From Epiperipatus broadwayi (taxonomy: Eukaryota > Animalia > Onychophora), in contig JAQFVV010000002.1 of assembly GCA_028023455.1 (NCBI GenBank), positions 32,240,001 to 32,304,000 of the forward strand: a DNA stretch of 64,000 nt, given 5' to 3'. Position 1 is the first letter of the stretch; every line of letters starts with the position of its first letter. Below the pieces are notes generated by a model, which had not been told where the DNA came from, did no database searches, and saw only the letters and a list, made by a program, of their open reading frames with translations. This document shows positions 13,195-26,212 of the stretch, one piece after another. The position numbers and the translations under genes were made by a program.

Positions 13195-16100
13195 AATCTT
13201 TTAATTGGCCAACTCACAAACTGAAGACAAAGCCTATTGTTAAAACATATTCGCCTATAATATTAAATTCAACTCAGATACGTTTATAAAAAGTATATTA
13301 CTAATTTTTCAGGTTATGAAGAGAACGAAAGTTCTTTCAAAAATAAATTGCTATTTATTTATTCTAAAATATTCAATTTCGGCAACATAAAAGCTATAAT
13401 ATAAACAAAAAGGTCGACTTTTACGTTATAGAAAAGTAAATATTTCTTTTTACTAAATCTTAAATATTTTTACATAAATCTTCAATATTTTTCGAAAATA
13501 ATTTTGGTTTTTTAGTATTCTCTCGAAAATAATTTGTAATTTCTCAAAATATTCTTTTATAATACTTTAAAATCATATTCGAAATGAAAATCTCAGCGTT
13601 TTTCTTTATTTTCTTTGATCAGGCGGTTTCTTTGTTCTTTCCAGCCAATCAGAATGTCTTTTTCGGCTGAGAGCATGCTAAGAACCAATCAAAACTCATG
13701 TTCTTTCTTTGTTTAGGTTTAAATGCGTTTTTTTTTATTTTTTACTTGTAAAATAAATCGGAAGAGGTCACCATCTTACAGAACTTTTAAAAATCTATTC
13801 AATACCTGTAAAACGAATATTTTAGCATAAGAACTGGCAGAGTTAGAGTGACGTCAGATGTCTACGAGGAGCTTCGTAAGAAACAGTCTTTTGGTTAATC
13901 TTGGTTGTTTTAAAAGTTCTTTAAACAAAAATATACGACTCTGTTGCTAAAATTGTACTAAGTCTCTGATCTCATAAAGAAAATATATAAAAGAAAAATT
14001 TATATTACCAGTTCTATTCTTTGTAGCGACTTCCAATGAGTCAAATTTATCTTGTTCAATGTCTATATTTTGCAGCTACCATTTCCGTTTTTCTTTGGAA
14101 CAATCTCTTTCTTGAGGTGTATAATTATTTGATGATGATGATCCTATTGAGGTTCTTTGCTTTAGTGGACAATTTGAAAATCATTATATGAACTTTTCCT
14201 CTCTTCCTGTCAAGCATGATTCTTTTAGTGGATGAAGTACAGCAGTTGTTTTCACATTTATAATTTTTCTTGGCTTTAAACTCAGTTACTGGAACAATTA
14301 ATTGGACTTGATGATTTAATATTTATCAGTAGATTACTCTTTTTTCTGATCGCCTCCAAATGCAGGTGAATGTTTTCTATTTTCTATTTAAAAACATCTT
14401 ATTTCTCTCTGTCAGTTGAAAGGTGTAGAATATTATTTTCAGACAAGACATCTTTTTTCTATATGATGTGCTGGCTCCAAGGTGGCCTGGAAAAAGCCCC
14501 ACGATGACATATATTTTTTTTTTCTAGCCCGACATCCTTATATTTTAATCTTCAAAATGTTATATTAAAAAAAAATGATTTAAAAAAGGATATCAGGTCG
14601 AATTAAAAATCCTTGTCTTTTCTAGTTTCAATATTTTAAAAGTCTCTATAATATCAACTGATTTTCCAGACTGCTTTTATATCTGATTTTTTTCTATTTT
14701 TGACCACCTCTTTTAATTAAATTTATAACTTATTTTCAACCAAATTGTTTATTAGCTGGATAGTACTAAAAATCTCACTATCCTGATTTTTAGACAAACT
14801 TTTGTTTTGACGGAAAAAAATAGTCTTAATCCTTTTTTACACCTATGTAACATCTCAAATTTGAGCTTCTTTCTTTTGATCTTAAGATGAGACATTTTTA
14901 AAATTAGACTTCTCACATCGTCTCTAAGTTTTTCAACAGAAAAACAACCCTTATAATACAAAAAAAAATTGTTGAGTAAGGAAAAAAAATAATTTAACAG
15001 ATTTTCTTCTTTTTCTTTCAATATTTGATAAATAAAAATGTAGTTTATGTATGCAATGTACACACACACTCATTCAAATTATTTATAAACTGACATTAAA
15101 ATAATCTAATTGCTAGCTTAGTAATTATAACCCTAATATTTAAAATTAAATCCTTAGCTTCTAAATCCAAATTACAGTTATAGAAAAGCAAAAATAGAAG
15201 TATAGAATAAGATATTAAAATTTAGCAAGTGTAGGTTAGTTTTAAAGAAAGTTAATATGTGTAATTTAAAAGTGACTAACTAAATAGCTTTTATAACACA
15301 CACTGCCTATACATATGCGTTATAACTTTATTTTTTAACAAAAAAAAATTAAATACTGAATAATTAACTGTGTGTACTACTCTTTTTGAGTTTTTTATCA
15401 ACACACAAACAAATAAAGAATATAACTGTTGCCCCACTCTCTTTCTGTCTTAAGCTTTTAGAACTGGATCTTGTAGGGTTTAAACTTGGATGCCCTACAG
15501 CTTCCTTTTTATATAAAAATGTGATGATGATTTTTGTTTTACATTTTCTTTCATGCACATTACTACAAATTTAGCTAATGACTAAATATTAATGGCACGA
15601 TATAAAGAACAGTACATCTGGGTTCCGCAAAAAATCCACATAAAAGAAATTGCACAAAAATTGACTTAACTTACATTGAAAAATGTGTTATGTGTTCCAT
15701 AATTTGCAAAAATTGCATAAAAGCAAAGTAACATGGTAAAATTACTTTAAAATTTACACAAAAAAAATAAGGAAATAAAGTATGACTAATAAAAAATTTC
15801 AAGCATTTGAAAAGAATTGATACAAGACAAATTTTTTTTATTAACTATTTAATTTTATTTAAAACAATATGTTTTTTATGTATAATTTATTTTACATTTT
15901 TTCATACATTATTTAATCATTATCGCTACTTGACAATATGCGGGTACGTTTGTGAACTGATAAGAAATCAGATTCGTCACAAGAGGAAATACAATTAGTG
16001 CCAACTTCAGTCTTGTGCAGTGTTTAGGTGCATCAATTGAAAATTTTTATTCATGGCTTCAAGTCGCTCCAAAACCATCAGTTTTTGCATTATTGTAGTG

Positions 16101-16630
16101 AATTTATAGTCTTTTTAAAGCTTAAAACGTACCATAAAGTGCTGATTTGTAATTGCTAATTTTGAACCAGAGGGAGCACTTGACTACAATTTTGACAGCT
16201 CCAAGTTCTTTGTTTTGATATTCAAAACGAAAATATATATTTTAGAGTATTTTTCATATTTTTTTACATATTATAAATTATTTTGATAAAATATGCTGAA
16301 AATATAATTATTTTAGAAAAATATTTAAGATTTTAGTAAAAATTCTTTACTTTTACACAAATGTAAATTGAGACAAAGATATCAATGACGTATGCAGCAT
16401 TTTCTAATAGGTTACGAACGTTCTTTTTTAGGTTCTCCGCTATAGAATGTTTTTATAATTATAAGTAGAAATTTATTTTTGAAAAAACTTTTGTTCACTT
16501 TAATAATCTGACAAATTATTAATTTGCTTTTTACAAACAAATCTAATATTAAAAGATGAATACATTTTTACTGCTGATTCTGTAATTGAACCAATCAAAA
16601 GTTTAAAACTTGAATTCATTCGGCCAATAA
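13195..16630. repeat. diverged inverted repeat pair (about 13195-13595 and 16215-16630)
   Basis: For example taatttttcaggttatgaagagaacgaaagttctttcaaaaataaatt aligns with the reverse complement of 16470-16520. tttttactaaatcttaaatatttt is also shared. Confidence 0.55.
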
Positions 16631-16911
16631 AAAAATTTTCAGTCTAAAAGTTAATGGTTTTCTGTCGACAATGTAATCGTTGATTAAGCTTTGAGACGAT
16701 GATTTTATTAATTGTTTATGAAGCTCGCAATATCCAAAAATACAACTATTTAGCTCTTGTTGGAATTTAAGAATTCATTCATAATGTGTATCATTAACAA
16801 GAAAATGATTGTCCAATTGATTAGAAAGTTGAAGACTTTCTCGAACCATTTTCTCTGTGAAACGAACAGGTTCTATTTTTTGTTTTTCTGAAGGTTTGTG
16901 ATGGTGGTTTT

Positions 16912-17296
16912 CTAGCTGTATTTTTATATTGGACTATTTTCATCATCTAATATGTGTGTTGAATGTCTTTAGAAAAGTTTAATTTTTAGTTAAATATTCC
17001 AAATGCATTCAACTGTTAGTAATATCACAGCAAACAGGTCAGTATATGCACCAACTGTCAGTAATATCACAGCAAACAAATGTTAATAATATCACAGCAA
17101 ACAGGTTAGTATATGCACTAACTAATAGTTAGTGCATATACTAACCTGTTTGCTGTGATATTATTAACATTTGTTTGCTGTGATATTACTGACAGTTGAA
17201 TGCATTTGGAATATTTAACTAAAAATTAAACTTTTCTAAAGACATTCAACACACATATTAGATGATGGAAATAATCCAATATAAAAATACAGCTAG
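16912..17296. repeat. 385-bp near-perfect palindrome centred on 17125
   Basis: Termini ctagctgta.../...tacagctag and centre TAACTA-A-TAGTTA. Internal aatatcacagcaaaca repeats occur 3 times on the left and 2 times inverted on the right. Confidence 0.93.
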
Positions 17297-17699
17297 GTTA
17301 CACTTTTGTTTCATTATCTTTTTCTAAATCTTCAGTATCTAAATTTATTGCCAAATCTTTTTCCAACAGGCATTTAAAGTATGTAAAATATAATGTATGT
17401 ATATAAAACGGGAAAATCCCAATTTTAAATGAAATATGAACTTCGTTATCGCATAAAAGAAAACTGCATAAAAAGATATTAAGAAATATGAATCACATTT
17501 TAAAAATCTTCACAAAAAGAGACCCGGGTGTATTTTTAAAAACAGTATAATTTTAATACCAAGGTGATTGATTACATATGCTAAAAAAAATTAAGAGTTA
17601 ATATATATATATCTTTTAATAAATAGGTTATTTTTTAAAATAAATAATCTTATCTAATCATTAATTAACTATAAAAAGAATTTTTATTTATATGTATAA

Positions 17700-18221
17700 A
17701 AATATAGGGGATTTGAACTCAGACTTTCAAGTATTCGTCAACTATCCACACTATCTCATACCACTGATACACATGACCACACACATGTAGAAAAGATAAA
17801 TAATTACCAATATCATATTTTGTGCTAAACCAGAATTCATCAGTTAGTTCAGATTATCATCTCTCACACATATATATAATCAGTCTTTCAGTAATAATAT
17901 TGGCATCAGCATGGGATTTGGGCTTTTCATCATCAGATTTTCAGTGATATGTATGGCTGAAGAGTTGGAGGTCTGAGTAGATTGAAGCCTGTTCATTAAA
18001 GTATGAAGATTTGCTATTTTAATATAAACTGAAACACTGATTATATATATGTGTGGGAGATGATAATCTGGATCAACTGATGAGTGCTGGTTTAGCACAA
18101 AATACATATATTGGTGATTATTTATCTTTTCAACATGTGTGTGGTCATGTGCATCAGTTGTATGAGATAGTGTGGATAGTTGACAGGTATTTGAAAGTCT
18201 GAGTTCAAATCCCCTATATTT
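17700..18221. mobile_element. family A head-to-head hammerhead element
   Basis: Inverted arms of about 180 bp (aaatataggggatttgaactcagactttcaa / ttgaaagtctgagttcaaatcccctatattt). Hammerhead remnants on both arms have GAAA changed to AAAA. Confidence 0.85.
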
Positions 18222-19337
18222 GCAATTAGGCTCCAGGTATGTGAAGAGTACCCGTATTTCAAATATTTATATGTACAAAAAGATTAAATTGATATTTATT
18301 CAGTTTCAATAGGTTTATGTGAGACGTAAAAATTTAAGACTTCTCCAAAAAAAAGTTGTGAATAAAGTAAAATAAGAAAACCTTTTTTGTTTTTTTTAAT
18401 TTTAAAAAAGAAAAAAACATAGCTGAACCATAAAAAGAAAACAAATATTTAAATTATAAAAATTCTGAGGTTTTTTTTTTACCAATAAAAGAATAAAAAA
18501 ATGTAAAAATTATAAAAAAAATAATTATGGGATAAAATATTGCAGCGGGACTACGATTTATCAATTATAGAAGCAAAAAAGTAATTAAAAAAATGATGGA
18601 TTCTAAAAAAAGAACTGGGGGGGCGGGGGGGGCTGATTTTGGGAATGAAGAAAATAGATATCAGTAGCAGGAAAATTCACTGCATATCTTTTTTTTTTAA
18701 AAAAGAAGTTTAATATTTTTTTCTCTAATTATTAATACTTATACATAAAATTAGTTATTTTATATATAGAATTATTTGCTTGACGATCATGAAATAAGTT
18801 TGATTATTCTTTTGATTTGGTTTATATTGAAGTATTTTAAAAAGAATATTACATTTTAAATTGCATATTATGATTTTGGCTATTTTAGTTTTTTTTTCAT
18901 TAGTATATTTTGTGGGAAAATTTTTTTTATTTTGAGCATAGAATTTATTTTTTTCCATGACCTTTATTATATTTAAGAGTTAGTAATAAGTGGATTGTAT
19001 TGTTTAATTGTAATTTTGTGAAAAAATCATTGGCTATGTAATAATCGTTCTGCTTCCTCTTTCCTTTGCATTACTATACTAAGTTTAGTTCATTGCTGAG
19101 TCTTTGTTTGCAGTAACCTAATTTGTTAATATTTTTTTCAGAAACCATTTACTTTCAAACCAGAGAGAAAAAATTGTATTTTTAAAATGGTTAAAAATAT
19201 TTGGAAATGTCTGAAATATTGCAATTTAATGTGTTAGCTGATTTTAATTCTTAAATATATGTGTATATAGTCAATTGTTGATATATGTGTGTCTTGTATG
19301 TTGTTATAAATATTTAAATATGCGTATTTTTTAATAG

Positions 19338-19466
19338 GTGGGCATTACCTGATCAAATGGCTCAAGCTGGCTTTTATCATCAACCGAATTCAACTGGGGA
19401 TGATCGAGCCATGTGCTTTACATGTAATGTGTGTTTAGTTTGTTGGGAACCAACCGATGAACCTTG
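19338..19466 (+). CDS. BIRC6: BIRC6 exon, BIR domain core
   Basis: Acceptor aatag|G and donor TG|gtatat. AA+G completes Lys, then WALPDQMAQAGFYHQPNSTGDDRAMCFTCNVCLVCWEPTDEP, the BIRC6-type BIR with CxxC. Confidence 0.98.
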
Positions 19467-22400
19467 GTATATTTATTATAATTTTTTTTTTTTTTTACAG
19501 CTACATAATTTTGCATACTATTTTAAACACACACATGCAAACATATATATTTGATTATGTTGGAGTATAAATTTTTCAATTAAATTTAACACATAATTTC
19601 ATATTTAAATAAATAAACACTATATTCCAAGTATGGATATATATATTGTAACCATATGTTTTGGCTCAATGATAGTAGGTTTTATCTAGTGGATAAATGT
19701 GTAAAATTTTAAATTTTAATTGGTAATAATTTGTTAAGATATTGAACATCAATGTGTAGAGACTAGTTATAGAGTAAAATGCTTGTGGATTATAATTTTC
19801 CAACTAAGCAAAAGCTCACTAAGAAATATCTTGAAAGTGAAGATGGTCTTGACTGTTTGTGAAACACTGGAAAGTCTGATAGAGTGGATATAAATTCCAT
19901 AAACATTTTATCACAGGTTCCAGTGGCAGCTATTTCAATATAATATTTTATAGTATTAAACTAATTTGGAAGCATGAAAATATGTAACATTTTTTTAGTA
20001 TTATTAAACAATAATTAAAAATAAACAGCAAAATCAATTAATAATTCTTCTACATTTTCTTTATAAACAATGTTTAAATAAGTTATATTTAAATTGAAAT
20101 GTATCAGTCTAGATTTTCTGTCACTAGAGGGATAAAATATTAATTTATTCACATTTTACAGTCATTGGCTCATTTATAACCAATCCTGCCATGTAATACA
20201 AAGTATATAATATAAAAGTTTGTAGAGTGGGGGACTACTCTAAGAAATGTAAATCTGAACAAGACTACAACTCTCCACTTCTGAAGTAAAATAGAAGAAA
20301 TAAGCTAGAAAATAATAATTTTGAAAATTAATTGGGACAAAATTTCATAGTTATATGGATTTGAACAGCATGGAATAAAACTTACTAACCCTATGACATT
20401 TCTGCACTACTTTCCATCGATCTTAGATTCTGAACTTTGACTACTGAGGGAAGGAAAAACTGGAATGACCGCTATTTGGATAAATATTTACATAAACATG
20501 TACTATTTGGAACGAAAAATAATACCAGAAAACGTAAGCAATTATTTTTGTTTTCTTTATTTTAATCAATTGTCAGAACTAATAAGAACACAAAAGTTAT
20601 TTAGATTGAAGAGAAAAAAAAGATTAAAGTATTTTAAATTTCGCGCTGCCCTTAATTCAGCATTAAGCAGAAAAATACATTTGTGTATAAATTGATATTT
20701 CAAGAAAAATATTCGAAATCATTTTTAAGAAAAGTTTCAAGAGATAATGAAGAAACTAAAATTTCATTTTTAAATCATATAAAGTAATTAGTTTTAAAAG
20801 AAAAACGCATGAAGTATTTCTTATTTCATTGGGGAAAGAACTCATCTGCTCTGAAATTTCCCGCGAAGCAGTCACGTATATATATTATTAATAATTGCTT
20901 ACTATTGAATCAATTCTGCTTAACATTCTTAAATATGAATTAATTTGCCAATAGTAGTGGATAAAGAAATATTGATTTTTTTTTTATCTTGATTATACAA
21001 CATATAAATTAGTAATATTTTAAGTGTTTAGAATCGCCTAGATTATTTAAAAATTGTGACAATTACTGTAGACGAAAAAACAAAGTAAACAAAATCCATA
21101 AATGATTTAAAAAGTTTATTTTCAAAGATTGTAATAAACTGATTTTAATTGTGCTACATTTGGAAAAATATGTTACATATTAATTAAAAACGCCTAGAAG
21201 ATCGTATTTATAATTAAATAGATTCTTCTCAGTATAACTAAAAACATCCTAATTTGCTGATAAAAGGGAAGTGAAAGTATTTATTTATTTTTATCGTTAG
21301 TGAATAACTTGTAAAGTAATAATGTTTTAAACTGTTTTAAAATCATCCAGATTATTTAAGAGTATGACAGATCTTCGCGCAGATGGAAAAGCAAAAATAG
21401 ACAAATCAGTAAATATTAATTCAACCTATTTTAAGTGTCTTATTCTCGAAAATGTTTTAATATTGCTTCATTACGCTTACATTAGCACACAAACTGATAA
21501 AGGATTTCTATTGCCATTGGAGAAGTGTTTGAATTTTGTCTGAAGATGCTAATATTGAACAGGATAACCAATATATATATTACTTAGGAATGTTTGCTTA
21601 TATCTGTTTTCATGTTGTTTTACTTATAAGAACGGATAAAACTTCGATAAAGTCCAATGGTAGAGAATGTAATGTTTGTTTATGTTGTTATTGCTATATA
21701 ATATTGTAATACGTTTTTTTTTTTTTTCCTTTCATGTGTTATTCAGGCATTAGTTTTTTTTATATATTTATATATCAGGGTATAGAATATACTTAGTAAT
21801 GATGTAGCAGTGTATAAAGTTATATACATTTATTATCAATATTTATATTATTTTCCCAATGAAGGGAAAGCATAATGTTAAATATCATTTATCTGATAAG
21901 AAAGAGAAATGTTTATCTCTTTCACTGCTAAAACAGATGTTAATATTATATTGAGATGGGGAACAAATAGACCCAAACTGGTCAACATTATACACATAAT
22001 GATACAATTGTTCTATTATATAAAATAATTTAATAAGCATTTTTTTTTTATTGCTTAATTTTGCTTATGAATGAAAATGTCCACTGTAAATACAAAATGT
22101 AGTTTGGTCCTCCTTGTTTACGTGTACATGGCTTGCTATAAAAAGTATAATTATTATTTTAAAATAATTAATGGTTATTTTACTGATATTGGTGGTATGT
22201 TTATAAAACATTATCAGTTTCTGCAATATGAAATGGAATATTTATGTTTCCACTTAGATTATTAATGTGGTTTTATCTTGCTATTGTATTGATCAGAATT
22301 TGTGATAGATTTTAGGATGAGTTTGGGTTACATATAAGAGCCTTAGATATAATAATATTAATATTGTGCATGGGATGATGGAAAATTCCCCATTGTTGAT

Positions 22401-23929
22401 TAATATGAAAGGATGATATTGTGAGGCTGATTAAGAGTTAGTACTTAGAGCATAGTTAATCCTAAAAGAGGATGATCCCCATGGTCTGAATTCTACTTTC
22501 CAGTGAAGAGGCACTGCCCTCACTTTTATATCTATGAAAAGGTACTAGAATTGGCCATATTCTTATACAACTATTATGTTGTTTCTTGATATACAACTAT
22601 TATGTTGTTTTGTAGAGCCTCCTTTATTGTTAGATCCTTCAGGAAGTTATATAGTTAATATTCCTCCATGTATGGTGAAGTTTAGTGTTTTTTAAATCGA
22701 ATAGCAAGGATAGGATAAAGTCAGATTAGGGGACACTGATATAGCTATAGTGTTTATCTAATTAAAATAGTGTCTTCCTGATGTGTAATCTTCATCAGTT
22801 TATAAACAGACCAACCAAAATATACTAGTGTTTATAGAACTTCTACATAAAAGAGCAAGGTATGTACATGGACAATGTGGATTGGTTTTCAACAAGTAGT
22901 TATTTACTGATGAATTAGTAAGATCAGTTAATTAATAAATGGTTAAGTTGTGGACATAGTGAATGTTTTGGTGTCATATGTGCATTTAACTGATGATGTT
23001 TGCCCCCACATCAATACAATGAAATCTTTTTATAGTAAATTATAATAAATTATTACTTGTATTGAATGTGATAATTGCCCTTATCATATTCTAATAACTC
23101 AAACAGCTACAGTTTGATATAATAAATTGTAATTTAGAGTTTTTACATTTAAAACTTGCATATTTGCAATTTCAATGCTAAGATAACTCAAATAAGTTTA
23201 ACTATCTTATTCTACCAGATAGAATAATAAAGAAACATATCCAAAATGTTTGTCATATTAGTTTGTCATTACTTACCACATAATTAATTTCCATGCCTAA
23301 TTTTGGAATGGATTTATCTCGTTTCATGTAATGTGTCTGAAGGAGACTTGTACATAATGTAAATAAATATTAATAACTGAAACACAGGCTTGTTATATAC
23401 CTGTGTCTATATTGTTGTGTTAAAAATTTATTTAGTTGTCAGTATTCTTATTGCTAATCAACACATCCACACATTATTATTGTTATTGCTATCGGCATAT
23501 CCTATGATTATATGGAAATCGTCATCAATCAATATGGTAAAAGTCACTATATGTATGTATATCAGAATAATTTTGTTAAGCCCTATAATTTATGAGTATA
23601 TCTAGGGCATCATAACTTAATAATTAAATATACTAACCTAAACAATATTATTTTAAGTGATATACTAAAAGATTAAAAAAAAAACCTAATATTGGTTTGA
23701 TCAGTTTATTTGAATCCACGGACCTATCATTCACTGGTCTTGATCACCTTGTTTCTAATTAATGGAGAAAGAAAGTTGGAAAGCTATTGCGTTTAGCTAT
23801 TGAAAAATCACTCTTACTTATTGAAACTTAAAATTTATCATAGTTAGGGAATTTATAGAATTTATGTGAAATTATTGAATATTGTTTAGTAATTCAATTC
23901 AGTATTAAGAGTTATTTTGTGTGTTATGC

Positions 23930-24620
23930 TTGGGTAGTGGTAAAATCCCTCTCACTGACCCAAGTGTATCTTGTATAACACCCTTTAAGCTATGTGAACC
24001 CTGAGAAGGATCAAGTTATATCAATTTGTGATAGGATTTGAAGTTATGGTATATATAGGATTTGAAGTTATGGTAAATTTATATCCAGTTAATTATTATA
24101 ATTAGAGTGGAAGGAATTGTGTTGCATTCACCGTGATATATAGGGTCAACCAAACTTTAAAGTATCAATTACTTCTTTTGTCTGAAATGTATAGTTGGTT
24201 TTGACTTTATGGTGAATATTCTGGTTTTAGTAAGCTTAGAATCCGTATTTTATTTAATTGTCTTATTATCATTTAATTCAATATCAAATTTAGAGTTCTG
24301 TACATCATCTTTCATCATCATCATTCCTCTCATCTGTCATTTCAGTCTTTTTTTATTTTTTTTCTTATCCTAATTCATTATCCTAATTAACTCGTCATTC
24401 ATTAGCTCTTGTTCCAGTATCAACTTAATCATCCATTAACTCTTATACATCTTCATTCTTTTCTCTTCATTCTCAGACTCGTTTTATTTTATTATTTAAT
24501 TATTACTTAGTTTCATCATCCATTTAATCATTTACATCCTCATTTACTTATTGCCTAATTTATACTTCTACTTTCATATTCATTCCATCAATCTAATTAT
24601 TATTTATTTATTGGTTTGAC
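23930..24620. mobile_element. family I interspersed repeat (pyrimidine/TCA-rich on +), unclassified
   Basis: gggtagtggtaaaatccctctcactgacccaagt and catcatcttycatcatcatcatt...ctcatctgtcat...cctaattcattatc are shared with 57810-58500. Confidence 0.7.
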
Positions 24621-25899
24621 ATATATTAAGTTTATTTTATAACTTTTTTGTTTGTTTGCTTGTTTGTGGATTTTGAGGCTAGTTTGACCAGAAATTATTA
24701 ATCACCTTGTGATCTTCTCTAAGATTATAGTTTCATGCGAGCTTAGCTAATAAAGAAATCATCATTAGTTTATCATTTATTTTAGGCGTATATTCTAGAT
24801 TGGTTTTAGCTAGAAAGGTTACAGAGAAAGATATGTTTTTCAAATGTGTAAATTAGACTAGTTAAATTAGCCGGAAGGCTACATGGGCGATTAAAGCGCC
24901 TAAAACATGCGGGATGATTCATTTATGATTACAGCAATCTAGGAGATGGTTACAATATATAAAACATTTCTTCTACATTTTTTTTATTAAAAAAATATAA
25001 ATAATAAAAAAAAATTTTTATAAGCATATTTACCTAATCAAGAAATAATCTAAAAATATATGACTACATATTTTTTGTGTCTTCTATCAAAATAGGAAAG
25101 CATTCTGCGTGAAAAGATTTTTTTAATATTTCAAAAAGTAATAATAGCATATACATATATATAAATGTAAAAACAGTCAATACTTAAACAATATCAATAA
25201 CAATTTCAATGCATTGTCAAGACAATCTCCTTTAAACAGTAAAGATGGAAATCCACCTTTATATGTGGTCTAATGTGTTTATATACATATGGATATATAT
25301 ATAGAGATAATTTATTGAGCATCCTAAGTGCTTTTCCAGATTATATTCTCATTTCTTTATGAAAAAGAATATTTGATATTGTAGAAACAAGATGATTAAA
25401 AGTTTTATAATGTCATGACTGTGTTCTTTAAAATTGTTGAAGATGTAATTGTCTTTCTGATGATTATATTCATTGAAAAAATATTGAATTGTATAGTGAT
25501 GACCTCATTGTAGGCAGTGATGCATTATCAGAAAAAATGACTCTCTATCTTTGATATATGATATTCTTATTTTAGTTCTAAGTCATTGCAGATAGAACAG
25601 CAAGCCATCAGATTATATAATTGAAGACATCATCAAATATTAAATCTTTGCAAATATAAAGCAAAAAAAGAGCCACTGAGAAAATTTGACAAATGGGTAG
25701 AATAATGAATTCAAGACTATTAGATGTATTGCCAATCAAACTGAATGATAGTTTTCATATTTTCAAAGAAGGACACAATCATCTTGAACTGACTTGCCAG
25801 ATATCTAAGGTTCATAACTATTTCGGATACCAAAGACTTTTCTTTAGTTGGAGAGCACAATAAAGAGTCTTTTCTCTTGTCTATACTTATCTTAAATTA

Positions 25900-26212
25900 T
25901 CATATATGAAAGTCATTTCAGAATTCCCATGGTGTTTAAAGAACTCATGCTTTCAGTAATTTAATGCATTTATCCAAAAATTTTGCCTGTTGTATTTAAA
26001 AAAGAAATATTCTTATAGTACTTGTGATTATCTGTATCACCTTTGTTTTTTGTAGAGTGCATTTTATGACGGAACGTGTCATTGACACATTGATATGTGG
26101 GAAAAGTACTTCTAAAGAATTTCAGAGTTCTTATTTGCTCATAATGCTTTGAACATCTGTCAAAAGCATAGAAAGTATCTTTTTTGGTATGTTCACAATA
26201 TATATTAGACAT
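25900..26212 (-). pseudogene. decayed non-LTR retrotransposon reverse transcriptase fragment
   Basis: The minus ORF 25970-26212 ends KNKGDTDNHKYYKNISFLNTTGKIFG, resembling the LINE RT motif K.GD....NYR.ISLL....KIF. Flanking frames are broken. Confidence 0.5.

Noticed and set aside
17940-18000. CTGAAGA in the inner part of family A arms as a second hammerhead
   Set aside because: No consistent GAAA, NUH and stem I register in the three copies examined.
22763-22802. Minus-strand hammerhead-like string CUGAUGA A GAU UACAC AUC A GGAA
   Set aside because: GAAA is broken, stem I is only 3 A-U pairs, and there is no second copy or TSD. It may be chance.
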